64,000 bases of DNA from an uncultured bacterium (GTDB lineage: Bacteria > Zixibacteria > MSB-5A5 > GN15 > FEB-12): positions 30,929 through 94,928 of the forward strand of contig CBFDBU010000008.1 in NCBI GenBank assembly GCA_965603125.1, given 5' to 3'. Positions 18,087-27,505 of the stretch are shown here, piece by piece (positions within the stretch are counted from its first letter, which is position 1; each line of letters begins with the position of its first letter). The notes beneath the pieces were generated by a model, which was given only the letters and a program-made list of their open reading frames with translations, was not told the origin of the DNA and did no database searches. The translations under genes were made by a program, and so were the position numbers.

Positions 18087-19691
18087 ATGCAAGTAAGAGG
18101 AAGGTGCCTTTGGGGGATGCTGGTCTTACTTTTGACGGTGTCCGTGGTTTTTCTCACCTCGGACGCTGTCGCTCAAACACCGCCGATCTGGGGTGATCTG
18201 GAGCCCGGGCCATATGTTGCCGGTTTCAAGACGGCGGAAGTGTACGATTACTCCAGAACGTTCGGCCGGAAATTCGACTATTTCGGAAATCCATTGCCCG
18301 AACAGACGACGCGCCGGATTCAACTCTGCGTTTGGTATCCGGCCCAGGACACAGTCGGTGCTCTACCAATGGTCTATGGAGAGTATGCCTACCCCTACCC
18401 GGAGGATGACCGGTTCGTCAACCTGCTTTCGGCCCTTCAGACTCGCGAAGCCTATGCTCTGATTTACCTGCTGAATACGAACTACGTATTGGCGTTGGAC
18501 ATGATGAGCGTGGAAATGGCTGCCGTCAGGGACGCCCAACCGGCGGAAGGGCCGTTTCCCCTGATCATCTATCACCCCCACCTGCGCAACAGCTTCGCTG
18601 AAAACGCCGTCATGTGCGAGTACCTGGCCACTTACGGGTTTGTGGTGGCCACGACGCATTCAGTGGGAACACATGAACTCAATTCGGAAGTTAACCTGGT
18701 CGATCTGGAAACTCTGACGCGAGACAAAGAGTTTGTGCTTGCCCATGTACGCGCGTATCCGTTTGTCGATGCCAACAGGCTAGGGGTCATGGGATATGGC
18801 TGGGGAGGTGTCACGTCGCTGATTATGCAGATGCGCAACTCAGATGTGATGGCCGTAGCTACCTTTCAGGGGGCGTTCCTGTGGACGGATCATTTGGATC
18901 TGATCAGAGGTATCCCGCAGCTTGCGATCGAGCGAATGTACGTCCCCTGGTTGCAGATGTACGCCCCGATCGAGCCGCCGCCCGACCTGGCTCTTATGGA
19001 CACGTGTGTTTACGCGCCGAGGTACGCGGCGAGATTCAGCGGTCTGCGGAGAGAGGATTTCACCATTTACGGCATGATCTCGGAACACCGGGAGGACTCC
19101 GCCAACGCCTACCTGGAGATAGCGAGTCACGGCGGCGAGATAATATGTCGCTACGTGAAGACCTTCTTCAGGGCTTACTTGAACGGGGACGAGGAGAGTC
19201 GGAGGTTCCTGGACAACTCGCCCGCGGACAATGGTATCGATCCGGAGTTGCTGTCATTGGCATTCCACGCCTCGCGCAGGTTGCCACCGACCGAAACGCA
19301 GTTCGTGTCCATAATACGTGATGTCGGAGTGGCGAAGGCGATGGAAATCTACGAGGAGTTCAAGGCCTCCGACCCCGACCACATGATCTTCCGGGAGTCC
19401 GTTCTCAACAGCCTCGGCTACCAACTCGTTCGGACGCAGAGAACCGACGAGGCCCAGGAAGTGTTCAGACTGAATACCGAGGCCTATCCCCATTCGGCCA
19501 ACACGTGGGACAGCTATGGCGAGGTGTGCGTCGCCAACGGCGACGAGGCCACCGCTCTTCAGTGTGCCCGCAAGGTTCTCGAGGTGCTGGCGGTCGACAC
19601 AACTACGAGCGACCAGGTGAAGGAGATCATTCGGAACAACGCAAACCAGATACTGGAGAGATCTCAACAGCAATCACCCGAAGGAGAGTAG
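18087..19691 (+). CDS. secreted alpha/beta-hydrolase-fold protein (PAF-acetylhydrolase/dienelactone-hydrolase-like) with C-terminal TPR-like region
   Basis: Signal peptide MLVLLLTVSVVFLTSDAVAQ. The core is PLIIYHPH...GFVVATTHS...RLGVMGYGWGG. The helical TPR-like tail is AYPHSANTWDSYGEVCVANGD. Confidence 0.6.
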   Translation: MQVRGRCLWGMLVLLLTVSVVFLTSDAVAQTPPIWGDLEPGPYVAGFKTAEVYDYSRTFGRKFDYFGNPLPEQTTRRIQLCVWYPAQDTVGALPMVYGEYAYPYPEDDRFVNLLSALQTREAYALIYLLNTNYVLALDMMSVEMAAVRDAQPAEGPFPLIIYHPHLRNSFAENAVMCEYLATYGFVVATTHSVGTHELNSEVNLVDLETLTRDKEFVLAHVRAYPFVDANRLGVMGYGWGGVTSLIMQMRNSDVMAVATFQGAFLWTDHLDLIRGIPQLAIERMYVPWLQMYAPIEPPPDLALMDTCVYAPRYAARFSGLRREDFTIYGMISEHREDSANAYLEIASHGGEIICRYVKTFFRAYLNGDEESRRFLDNSPADNGIDPELLSLAFHASRRLPPTETQFVSIIRDVGVAKAMEIYEEFKASDPDHMIFRESVLNSLGYQLVRTQRTDEAQEVFRLNTEAYPHSANTWDSYGEVCVANGDEATALQCARKVLEVLAVDTTTSDQVKEIIRNNANQILERSQQQSPEGE

Positions 19692-19771
19692 GTCGTGCTG
19701 CATGGTCCCGCCAGGTGCCGGAGCTATGCTGCCAGCCATGTTAAATGGTGTTCGGACAACAGTTGGAGGAG

Positions 19772-21001
19772 ATGATGAAGCGTGAACACTCCGAAATAAC
19801 TCGCAGAGGTTTTTTGTCAACAGCCGTTTCGTGTGCAGCGTCGGCCGGACTGTTGGGTATCGCTCCCGGCCGCGCCCTGGCCCAGGAGACGGTGAAGGAA
19901 CAGGCGGAGCGGCAGTCGGATGTAATCTATCGGCAACTGGGCAGAACCGGTTTCCGGCTGCCGGTCATCAGTCAGGGCGTGGGATACACCAACAACCCAG
20001 CCGTGGTTCAGGCGTCCTACGAAGCCGGCGTGCGGCATTTCGATACGGCTGCCAACTACCAGTTCGGCCGCAACGAGCAGATGGTGGGCAGGGTGATAAA
20101 GCGCCTGGGCGTGAGAGACAAGGTGAATATTGGCACCAAGGTTCATCTGCCTGCGCAGCGGCGCGGTCTGTCGCCGCAGCAGTCGAAAAAGAAGCTGCTC
20201 GACAATTTCGAGGGCAGCCTCAAACGGCTGTCGACCGACTATGTTGATATTCTCTACGTTCACGAAGTGGACGATCCGCAGGAGGTGAGCGATCCGGCGA
20301 TCATCGAAGCCCTTGTGCAGCTTCGGGAGCAGAAGAAAGCGCTGGCTATCGGTATTTCCACGCACTCCGGAATGGCCGAGGTTATCAACGCCATGATTGC
20401 CGCCGGTGTCTACGACGTCGTACTCACGTCCATCAACTTCACTATGTCCGATGATACCGACCTCCTTAAGGCCATTGCCGATGCGGCGTCCAAAGGGATC
20501 GGAGTGATAGGTATGAAAGTCATGGCGGGCGGGACCCGCTGGCCAAACCCGGACACCCGGAGAGACTACAGTTCCGAGACAATCGCTCGGGCCGGCCTCA
20601 AATGGGTGTTGCGAAACGACAACATTACCACCGTTATTCCCGGCTATGACAGCTACGAACACCTCAACCAGGATTTTTCCGTTGCCTTTGACCTTGAGTT
20701 GACTCCGGAAGAGAAGAACTTCCTGTCCGACAACAGCATCAAGCTCGGCATGGGTTTCTGCCGCCAGTGTCGGAAATGCCTGGCTTCCTGCCCTCACGAC
20801 GCCGACATCCCGACCCTCATGCGCACTCACATGTATGCCGCCCAATATGGGAACTTCCAGCTGGCGCGGGCAACTCTCGACGGCATTCCACGGGAATCAG
20901 GTCTTCAGGCTTGTCGGATTTGCACGGAGTGTGTGGCCGCGTGTGCCAACTCGGTGGATATCAACCGGAGAATCGACGAATTGAAACTTATGTACGCTTA
21001 G
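19772..21001 (+). CDS. aldo/keto reductase with Tat-type signal and C-terminal 2x[4Fe-4S] motif
   Basis: Twin-arginine ITRRGFLSTAVSCAASAG. AKR core FDTAANYQFGRNE...VDILYVHEV. CRQCRKCLASCP and CRICTECVAACA. GGAGG lies before ATG 19772. Confidence 0.8.
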   Translation: MMKREHSEITRRGFLSTAVSCAASAGLLGIAPGRALAQETVKEQAERQSDVIYRQLGRTGFRLPVISQGVGYTNNPAVVQASYEAGVRHFDTAANYQFGRNEQMVGRVIKRLGVRDKVNIGTKVHLPAQRRGLSPQQSKKKLLDNFEGSLKRLSTDYVDILYVHEVDDPQEVSDPAIIEALVQLREQKKALAIGISTHSGMAEVINAMIAAGVYDVVLTSINFTMSDDTDLLKAIADAASKGIGVIGMKVMAGGTRWPNPDTRRDYSSETIARAGLKWVLRNDNITTVIPGYDSYEHLNQDFSVAFDLELTPEEKNFLSDNSIKLGMGFCRQCRKCLASCPHDADIPTLMRTHMYAAQYGNFQLARATLDGIPRESGLQACRICTECVAACANSVDINRRIDELKLMYA

Positions 21002-21147
21002 CAACCTGCGGGACTCAACTGCTCCGAACAGCAGGCAGGAAGTGAAGGATCAGCCGCCTGACGATATTCAAACGGCTTGTACACCGATTGACGGCAACTC
21101 CAGTTAAACCGTCGACTCCACGTCCCACGCGGCAATCGAAAACCAAC

Positions 21148-21705
21148 CTACGGACACGCGGGCGGTACCGGACCGGCGTTAAACATGAAGTCCACTAAGT
21201 AGACCAGGTCGGCAATGTCGATAGGTTCGACACCGCTGCCATCGACGTCGCCTTCGTCAAAACATTCAGGTTCGGGGCCGCTATTGAACATGAAATCTAC
21301 TAAGTAAACCAGGTCGGCAATATCCACGGGCGGCACACCACTGTGGTCGACGTCACCGCGCAGGACACAGCAGCCGCCAAGAGGCTGAACGAAACCGTGG
21401 TTGACCCCGTAACTGTCAGAGCTGCCCGACCCAACCACCGGCTGACCCACGGTTGTGGTCACATCGTAGCTCATTGAGCTGCTCGCTCCACCACCCGACG
21501 AAACAACCTGCCAGTTTATCTCGTAGTTGTCCGATCGCCACACAGGCGACAATTCAACACCACCGGATTCTCCGGCAGTCTTGCTATTATCAACCAACCG
21601 CATCTCGGCGCGCGTCCCCTCCTTACCGGCGCCGATACCGGAATGGGAAGCAAGCAGCAGCAAGCCTGTCAGAACCAGAACGATGATTCCTTTTTTCATT
21701 GTCAC
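21148..21705 (-). CDS. small secreted protein with two dockerin-like (EF-hand-type) repeats
   Basis: Signal peptide MKKGIIVLVLTGLLLLASHSG. CCVLRGDVDHSGVPPVDIADLVYLVDFMFNSGPEP and GDVDGSGVEPIDIADLVYLVDFMFNAGPVP. Confidence 0.75.
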   Translation of the reverse strand: MTMKKGIIVLVLTGLLLLASHSGIGAGKEGTRAEMRLVDNSKTAGESGGVELSPVWRSDNYEINWQVVSSGGGASSSMSYDVTTTVGQPVVGSGSSDSYGVNHGFVQPLGGCCVLRGDVDHSGVPPVDIADLVYLVDFMFNSGPEPECFDEGDVDGSGVEPIDIADLVYLVDFMFNAGPVPPACP

Positions 21706-21719
21706 ATCCTTCGGTCCGG

Positions 21720-23855
21720 CTACTTGGTAGCGGCCAGTTCATCATTACTGTCAAGAGGCGCGCGTTGCCGAGCCAATATGACTTCCACCAGGGCGGATAC
21801 CTGTGTCAGTTGCGCTCTGGTGTCTTTCAATTCAGCCCTGAGCTCGTCAATCTCATCCGTCCTGGCCTGTAGCTTCTGTTGCGTTTCGTAAAGCGTCTGC
21901 ACCGCCTTCAGCGCCACGCCCGCAACATCCGCTGCGGCAAGGTATTTCGTATCGCGCTGCCCGTCTTTCATTGTGCCGACATCAAAGACTGCGTGAAAAT
22001 CCTCGGCCACCGGCCAGATGTGCCTCTCATCGGTACCCTTGTACTTCCAGTTTTCAATCGGAAGACTGCCTATCCGCTCCAGCACGTCGGCGCCGTCAAG
22101 CGACCTGAAGTCTTCCTTGAACTCCCGACTGGAACTATTCGTCCACACTCCCCCACTTGTCAGGCGGGCCCCGAAGCCATTCGAGCTGTTGGTACCGATG
22201 TGCAGTGGGTGGTGCACACCGCCGTCTTCGTCGTCGCGATTGATGCCTACCCGACCGGAGTTGCCGCCGCTAAAGAAAACAGCGCGGTCAGAGTTCTCGA
22301 CAAGGACGTATTCTCCGAAGATCAGCGAATGGTGGGCGCCGGTCGATATCTCATTGGATTCTCCTCCCAGAATGGTCGAGTAGTTGCCTTGATTGTAGTT
22401 TAGACGCCCGCCGAGCACCGAGGAGAACTTGGAGGCGGCCGTGTTATCATAGCCGCCACATACGAGAGCGGCTGTATCAAATACTGTCGCGCCGGCCAGG
22501 TTGCTGTAGCCTGAGGCTACACCGGCAAAGATGCCGTATGCCGTGTCAGCCTCGCCCCCGGAGACCGTGGCGGCTTTACCATTCGTGGCATTACTTAGTC
22601 CTCCGCCGATAACGTTGAACGAATAGTGGGCCTCATTCATATTACCCCCTGCGACTACGCTCCCATGCCCGCCGGCTGTATTGGAGTAGCCACCTGCGAC
22701 TCCGGAATACGCGCCTGAAGCGAAGTTGGCTCTGCCACCACTGATGGTGGAATACTCTCCATCGGCGGTATTGCTCCGTCCCCCACTCACCACACTGTAG
22801 TCGTAACCGGCAGTATTAAGCCACCCGCCGCCAACGGTCGCGCAACGGTAGCCCTGGCCAGCGGACCCGGTGACGCCTTCAACTCCGAGATTGACATGGG
22901 TGTAGTCGCTGGACCCGTGGAGCACGGACCCGGACCTGGCGATTCCCCAACCGCCACAGATGCGCAGAACGTTGCCCGTCAAGCACCAGTCACCATCATC
23001 GCCACCCGCGGCAGGTTGCCAGGTACCAAGACCTTCGCTGTCCGTCGTCAGGACGTAGCCGCCCTCCGACCCGGCCGCCATCCGAAATCCCTCAACCGAG
23101 GCAGTTCCCCGAACATCCAGGGCCTCCTCCGGTATGTCGGTGCCGATTCCCACCCGGGTTTCAGTGGCGTTGGCAGAGAGCACAATTGTCGGCTGACCAC
23201 CGCCGGAGTCCGGTCCCAGGATGGTCATCCGTCCCGTCAATGCGTCACTTGCCAATTCCACTCCGGGGTTTATTGGATCGGTGGGGACGCCCACCTCCAG
23301 GCGTGTGCCACTGCTGTCCGCACGGAGCTCAATGGCGGGCTGTCCGGTGGAGTCGGGAAGATACATCAGTCCCGCCAGGGTACGAATGTCCCCTGTCACC
23401 CGCTGCGAAATAGACGCATTGGGCACCGGGGTAACCCGTGTCCGGGGCTCCATCACCTCACCGTCGAATGTTACCTCGAGCCAGAGACCCGGCAGTCCCC
23501 TGTGGATGTCGCCCTGCTTGACCGTATCCTCGTGAATCGGTATCGGGTAAGACAACTGGGCCGTCGCCAGACCGCCACCTGCGATTGGCAGGTCGCCCCG
23601 ACCGCCGCAGCAGACGATCTCACAGTCACTGGCTACCGAATCCTCATAGTAGCAGTACGACAGGCTGTACAGACCGGGCGCAATGGGTTCACCGAGAGTG
23701 TCTGTGATCACGGCCGACCAGGTGATAACATACTCCCAGTCGCAATCGAAGTGATACAGCCAGTCGCAGGCTGCCTTTGCCTGCCCGGGTAGCGCCGCCA
23801 GCACAATGAGTGTTCCTACAATGATGACCAGTCTTGAGATGCTTGTGACTTTCAT
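21720..23855 (-). CDS. tail-fibre-like surface protein with C-terminal Peptidase_S74-type intramolecular chaperone domain
   Basis: Signal peptide. Central repeats are GGxSNTAxGxxSxxxGG (GGRSNTADGEYSTISGGRANFASGAYSGVAGGYSNTAGG...). The C-terminus SSREFKEDFRSLDGADVLERIGSLPIENWKYK...AADVAGVALKAVQTL plus coiled coil matches the endosialidase-chaperone pattern. Confidence 0.8.
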   Translation of the reverse strand: MKVTSISRLVIIVGTLIVLAALPGQAKAACDWLYHFDCDWEYVITWSAVITDTLGEPIAPGLYSLSYCYYEDSVASDCEIVCCGGRGDLPIAGGGLATAQLSYPIPIHEDTVKQGDIHRGLPGLWLEVTFDGEVMEPRTRVTPVPNASISQRVTGDIRTLAGLMYLPDSTGQPAIELRADSSGTRLEVGVPTDPINPGVELASDALTGRMTILGPDSGGGQPTIVLSANATETRVGIGTDIPEEALDVRGTASVEGFRMAAGSEGGYVLTTDSEGLGTWQPAAGGDDGDWCLTGNVLRICGGWGIARSGSVLHGSSDYTHVNLGVEGVTGSAGQGYRCATVGGGWLNTAGYDYSVVSGGRSNTADGEYSTISGGRANFASGAYSGVAGGYSNTAGGHGSVVAGGNMNEAHYSFNVIGGGLSNATNGKAATVSGGEADTAYGIFAGVASGYSNLAGATVFDTAALVCGGYDNTAASKFSSVLGGRLNYNQGNYSTILGGESNEISTGAHHSLIFGEYVLVENSDRAVFFSGGNSGRVGINRDDEDGGVHHPLHIGTNSSNGFGARLTSGGVWTNSSSREFKEDFRSLDGADVLERIGSLPIENWKYKGTDERHIWPVAEDFHAVFDVGTMKDGQRDTKYLAAADVAGVALKAVQTLYETQQKLQARTDEIDELRAELKDTRAQLTQVSALVEVILARQRAPLDSNDELAATK

Positions 23856-24148
23856 TTCTCACCTCTTGTATTGATGCATTAATAGTGTTCGTTTGCTTGC
23901 AGTTCTACCTCACGATATCGGCTTGATACCGGTGTTGTCTCAATCTGTGTAACAAGTCAGCGGCATTCCGGCAGAACTTCCGTTCAGGCCGTATACTCTC
24001 CGCCCTGCGCGCGGTATGGCATCAGGCGAACGTAGGTTGGAATCCCTCAACCGCTACATTATAGCCCATAATCGTCCATTATGCAAGTAGTTTCGGCAGG
24101 GGAATAGCCAGGTGTTTCCGCTTGACGGAAGCATCTGCAATCGCTATA

Positions 24149-24265
24149 CTACAGTGAGCACATATCCGCGATAGCCAATCGATTTGGCGCCCCCAGGACT
24201 CGGACCGGCGCTGCGACACAGAGCAGCCCCAGGGCGATGACGCAAATACCCTTGCGTGACAACAT
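24149..24265 (-). pseudogene. decapitated third copy of the ~870-aa paralogue (signal peptide only)
   Basis: MLSRKGICVIALGLLCVAAPVRVLG, then unrelated sequence and a stop. It is preceded (24266..24577) by the same leader found upstream of copies A and B. Confidence 0.75.
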
Positions 24266-24577
24266 GACAAGCACCTCGATCACACTGTGGGGTCCGGTGT
24301 CGGGCGCCTCTCGCTCGGCAACCAGAAAGGGCAGGGGCCAAACTGATACAATAGCGATGTCACCGTGCGAACGATACCCGTAGTCGGCAGGCCGGCTGCC
24401 CCCGATTACTATACCACACGACAAGTCTACAGCAATAGCATATTATAATCAAGCGGAAAATGCGGCCTCTTCTATCTCCCGACAAGGTGCGCAGGGCAAG
24501 ATCCCTGCAAATACTGTCACGCGCCCGTCAGCTACGGTGATCCGTGGCAGCAAGGATAGCCTCTTATGCAAGCGGCG

Positions 24578-27193
24578 CTACATGAGAACGGCAAACTTTC
24601 CCATCTGCACAGCGCCGCCCGGCATCTCCACCGTCCAGTAGTACAACCCCGAAACCAGCATCTGCGTGTTCCGGGTGATCAGGTTCCACGTGTGATGATT
24701 GCTGGCGCCGTCCGACGGGTCGACGTCATGCTTCAGCTCCCGCACCAGATCACCATCCAGGCTGTATATCCGAATCGTGCACCTGGGCGGCAGGTTAGCG
24801 AAGTGAATCGCCCGTACCCGGTAGTCAGGGCGATCAAGCTCGGTGCGACCCTCGAAACCACGCTCCCGATAATCACCGTCGATCCGGTACGGGTTGGGGT
24901 AAACGTAGATTCGATCATCGGTCCCGTCCGCCATCCCTCCCGAACCGTACGGATAGGCGCATTGCGCACCCGCCGTCACCGAGGTTTCTAAAGCCTCAAG
25001 GTCTGACTTCGGCGAACCATAATCAAATGCCGTCACGTTCACCCAGTAGGGCACCGTCGGCAGTAAACCCTCTATCACGTACTCGTACTCGTAGTACTTG
25101 AAGTAACCATCCTCGGTGTAACGATCCGGGGTCAACGAATCCGGCGGCAGAGTCGAAGGGTCCGGCTCGTCGGGGTAAACCTTCCGGATCGGCGTAGTCA
25201 CACCGGGAATACAGGCATTGTGATCGTGCCACTCGAAATAGAAGAGCGAATCGGGATACTCAGGATGCACATAGTATGAACCGGGCATGTAGTCCAGCGG
25301 GTCGAAGCCGTCGTCCCGGCAGGGATCATCACCGGTCCCGTAGAGACAGCGAAGGTCGTCCAGCGTGAAGGGGATATCCCGCAGTTCCCAGCGTGGCTCG
25401 GGATAACGGTTGCCGTTCCATGTATACTTGTCATAGTTATCGCGGTCGTACGAAGCCACCAGCGAGTAGCTCTCGCGGCGATCATCGCGACCGAGATATA
25501 CCCGGTACCCCTCGAAATCATATTCGTGCGAGAAAACGTCCTTCTCCGTTTCTGAACGGTGGCCGTTGAAACGAATCTTCAGGCCGTCGACGATCGGGGT
25601 CACCCAGTATTCAGGCGCCGGCGGTGGTGATGCTCCTCGAAAGTCCGGCACGCCGTCACCCCAGTACCAGGTTGTCTCGGCCGACGTGATCACCCAGCCC
25701 GTATCAGTCGCCACCGAATCATACACGCACACCCGATACTCCCCCCGGTAACCGTCACCGTCAGTGTCGACACCGGGATTATCGTAGATCCACCGCGCCC
25801 AGATGGCGTTCTTGACCAAATCGGAGAAGTCCAGATGGGTATAGAATGCCGCCGGGTCACGCGGCAGATGCTGCAGGTTGTCGGGGTCGGTGTGGAGATT
25901 CTCCCCGGCCACGTAGGCGAACGTCAACGACAACGCCTGACCGGGATAGAGAGTGAAGGCGCCGTATGACAGCAGGTAGCGCGTGTCGTAGCCGTCGGCG
26001 AAATCCTCCGCCAGGTCCTGGTTTGGATACAGCCATGCGGTGTCATACGGCGAGATGGAGGACGTGAAAGCCTGGTCGTAATCGAACTCGTAGTTGCTCA
26101 TCTGGTAGTACTTGTTGACGTCACCCTCGGGAGTGCCCAGCCCACCGGTGCCGAAATCGCGGAAACCGGCTCTGCGCCGGGGGCCGAAATCATAGGCTGG
26201 ATCCGGACTGCTGATCCACCAGTTAAACGACAGATCCAGATTCTCCGATGGCGGTTCAAGGATACAGGTGCCGGTAACGTGTCGCTTGGAGACCATTGGA
26301 CCACCACCGATCCAGATTACGGTTTCCTGGAAATGGCCGTCTATTGGGTTCCCGTCGTTGTCAGCTATCCAGGCAATTTGCACCGTGTCCACAAATCCAC
26401 AGCCGAACGGCGACTTCAAAGTCTTCAGGAAACCGCACAGGTCATCCCATGGTCCCGCAGGCATCCCTACACCAACATCGGCGTCTACATAGAGCCCGAT
26501 GAACAACTGTTCCAGCAACTCGGATCCGATATTCTCGATAGACAGATCGAACAAAACGAAATCCTCGGCATAGCCGTACGACCACGCGTAAGTGTTCTGG
26601 GTGATCTCAACGTTCAGCGGGATGTGTGGACGATGGGCCATTACATCATATAAAAGGTAGGGATTCGCGTCGGTCATCGTGTCGGTATAGACACAAATGT
26701 AGTCCTGCTCCGAAACGGCCCCGTCGAAGTCTGGCGATTCCGGATCGACGATTGACCGGTACCTGATTTCGCCGAATGGATAGACATCGGGCGCCATCTC
26801 CTGCGCTAGGATTCGCCAACAGTCCTGCCCCGTGGAAACAAGGGTATCCCGGCCCACTACGGCGCCCACCCACAGGCTCGCGGAGTAAAGATACGAGCCC
26901 GGCATGCCCTTCGGAAACTTGCACCCGCTGAAGGGATCAATCAGCTCCCCGGTGAAGCAATCAACAGCCCCCGAATCAAAGGGTGTCATCCCAAAGCAAC
27001 CCTGATTCGCTATAGGGAGCCAAATTTCGCCGACGTTGTGAATGGCTGCCTGGTAGGCAGGTTCTGCTGAGACGGCACTGTGACTGACGCTCGGCCGTGT
27101 CTGCTGCAATGCAGATCGACCCGAAACTCGGACCGGCGCTGCGACGCAAAGCAACCCCAGGGCGATGACGCCAATGCTCTTGCGTGACAACAT
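24578..27193 (-). CDS. large secreted protein of unknown function, paralogue A, C-terminal FlgD-Ig/T9SS-like sorting domain
   Basis: Start ATG 27193 (GAGGTG 6 nt upstream) gives signal peptide MLSRKSIGVIALGLLCVAAPVRV. Calcium-binding-like NPGVDTDGDGY. C-terminus CTIRIYSLDGDLVRELKHD...GLYYWTVEMPGGAVQMGKFAVLM. The track ORF start 27277 is an unsupported upstream extension. Confidence 0.85.
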   Translation of the reverse strand: MLSRKSIGVIALGLLCVAAPVRVSGRSALQQTRPSVSHSAVSAEPAYQAAIHNVGEIWLPIANQGCFGMTPFDSGAVDCFTGELIDPFSGCKFPKGMPGSYLYSASLWVGAVVGRDTLVSTGQDCWRILAQEMAPDVYPFGEIRYRSIVDPESPDFDGAVSEQDYICVYTDTMTDANPYLLYDVMAHRPHIPLNVEITQNTYAWSYGYAEDFVLFDLSIENIGSELLEQLFIGLYVDADVGVGMPAGPWDDLCGFLKTLKSPFGCGFVDTVQIAWIADNDGNPIDGHFQETVIWIGGGPMVSKRHVTGTCILEPPSENLDLSFNWWISSPDPAYDFGPRRRAGFRDFGTGGLGTPEGDVNKYYQMSNYEFDYDQAFTSSISPYDTAWLYPNQDLAEDFADGYDTRYLLSYGAFTLYPGQALSLTFAYVAGENLHTDPDNLQHLPRDPAAFYTHLDFSDLVKNAIWARWIYDNPGVDTDGDGYRGEYRVCVYDSVATDTGWVITSAETTWYWGDGVPDFRGASPPPAPEYWVTPIVDGLKIRFNGHRSETEKDVFSHEYDFEGYRVYLGRDDRRESYSLVASYDRDNYDKYTWNGNRYPEPRWELRDIPFTLDDLRCLYGTGDDPCRDDGFDPLDYMPGSYYVHPEYPDSLFYFEWHDHNACIPGVTTPIRKVYPDEPDPSTLPPDSLTPDRYTEDGYFKYYEYEYVIEGLLPTVPYWVNVTAFDYGSPKSDLEALETSVTAGAQCAYPYGSGGMADGTDDRIYVYPNPYRIDGDYRERGFEGRTELDRPDYRVRAIHFANLPPRCTIRIYSLDGDLVRELKHDVDPSDGASNHHTWNLITRNTQMLVSGLYYWTVEMPGGAVQMGKFAVLM

Positions 27194-27351
27194 GACAAGC
27201 ACCTCGATCACACTGCGGGGTCCGGTGTCGGGTGCCTCTCGCTCAGCAACGAGAAAGGGCAGGTGCCAAACTGACACAATAGCGATGTCACCGTGCGAAC
27301 GATACCCGTAGTCGGCAGGCCGGCTGCCCCCGATTACAATACCACACTACA

Positions 27352-27380
27352 AGTCTACAGCAATAGCATATAACAGTCAA
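27352..27380 (-). promoter_or_regulatory. candidate promoter of paralogue A (TTGACT-17-TAGACT on the sense strand)
   Basis: The sense strand reads cTTGACTgttatatgctattgctgTAGACTtg, about 155 nt upstream of the ATG. The -10-like TAGACT is conserved in the other two leaders (24424-24429 and the equivalent site near 30275). The -35 region varies (TTGATT in the other copies). Confidence 0.35.
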
Positions 27381-27505
27381 GCAGAAAACGCGGCCTCTTC
27401 TATCTCCCGAAAAGGTGCGCAGGGCAAGATCCCTGCAAATACTGTCACACGCCCGTCAGCTACGGTGACCCGTGGCGGCAAGGATGGCCCCCCCTGCAAG
27501 CAACG

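Noticed and set aside
19817-20845. 342-aa ORF on the minus strand
   Set aside because: Antisense shadow of the aldo/keto reductase gene, with no motif and no RBS.
27250-27269. TGGCAC hexamer in the paralogue leader (sense strand TTTGGCACCTGCCCTTTCTCGTTGCT), possible sigma54 promoter
   Set aside because: The GG and GC dinucleotides are not spaced as in TGGCAC-N5-TTGC. The TTGC lies 13 nt after TGGCAC, so it does not fit the -24/-12 geometry.
27194-27277. In-frame 28-codon upstream extension of paralogues A and B (track starts 27277 and 30199)
   Set aside because: The internal ATG (27193/30115) has a GAGGTG RBS and yields a canonical signal peptide right at the N-terminus. The extension would bury the signal peptide.
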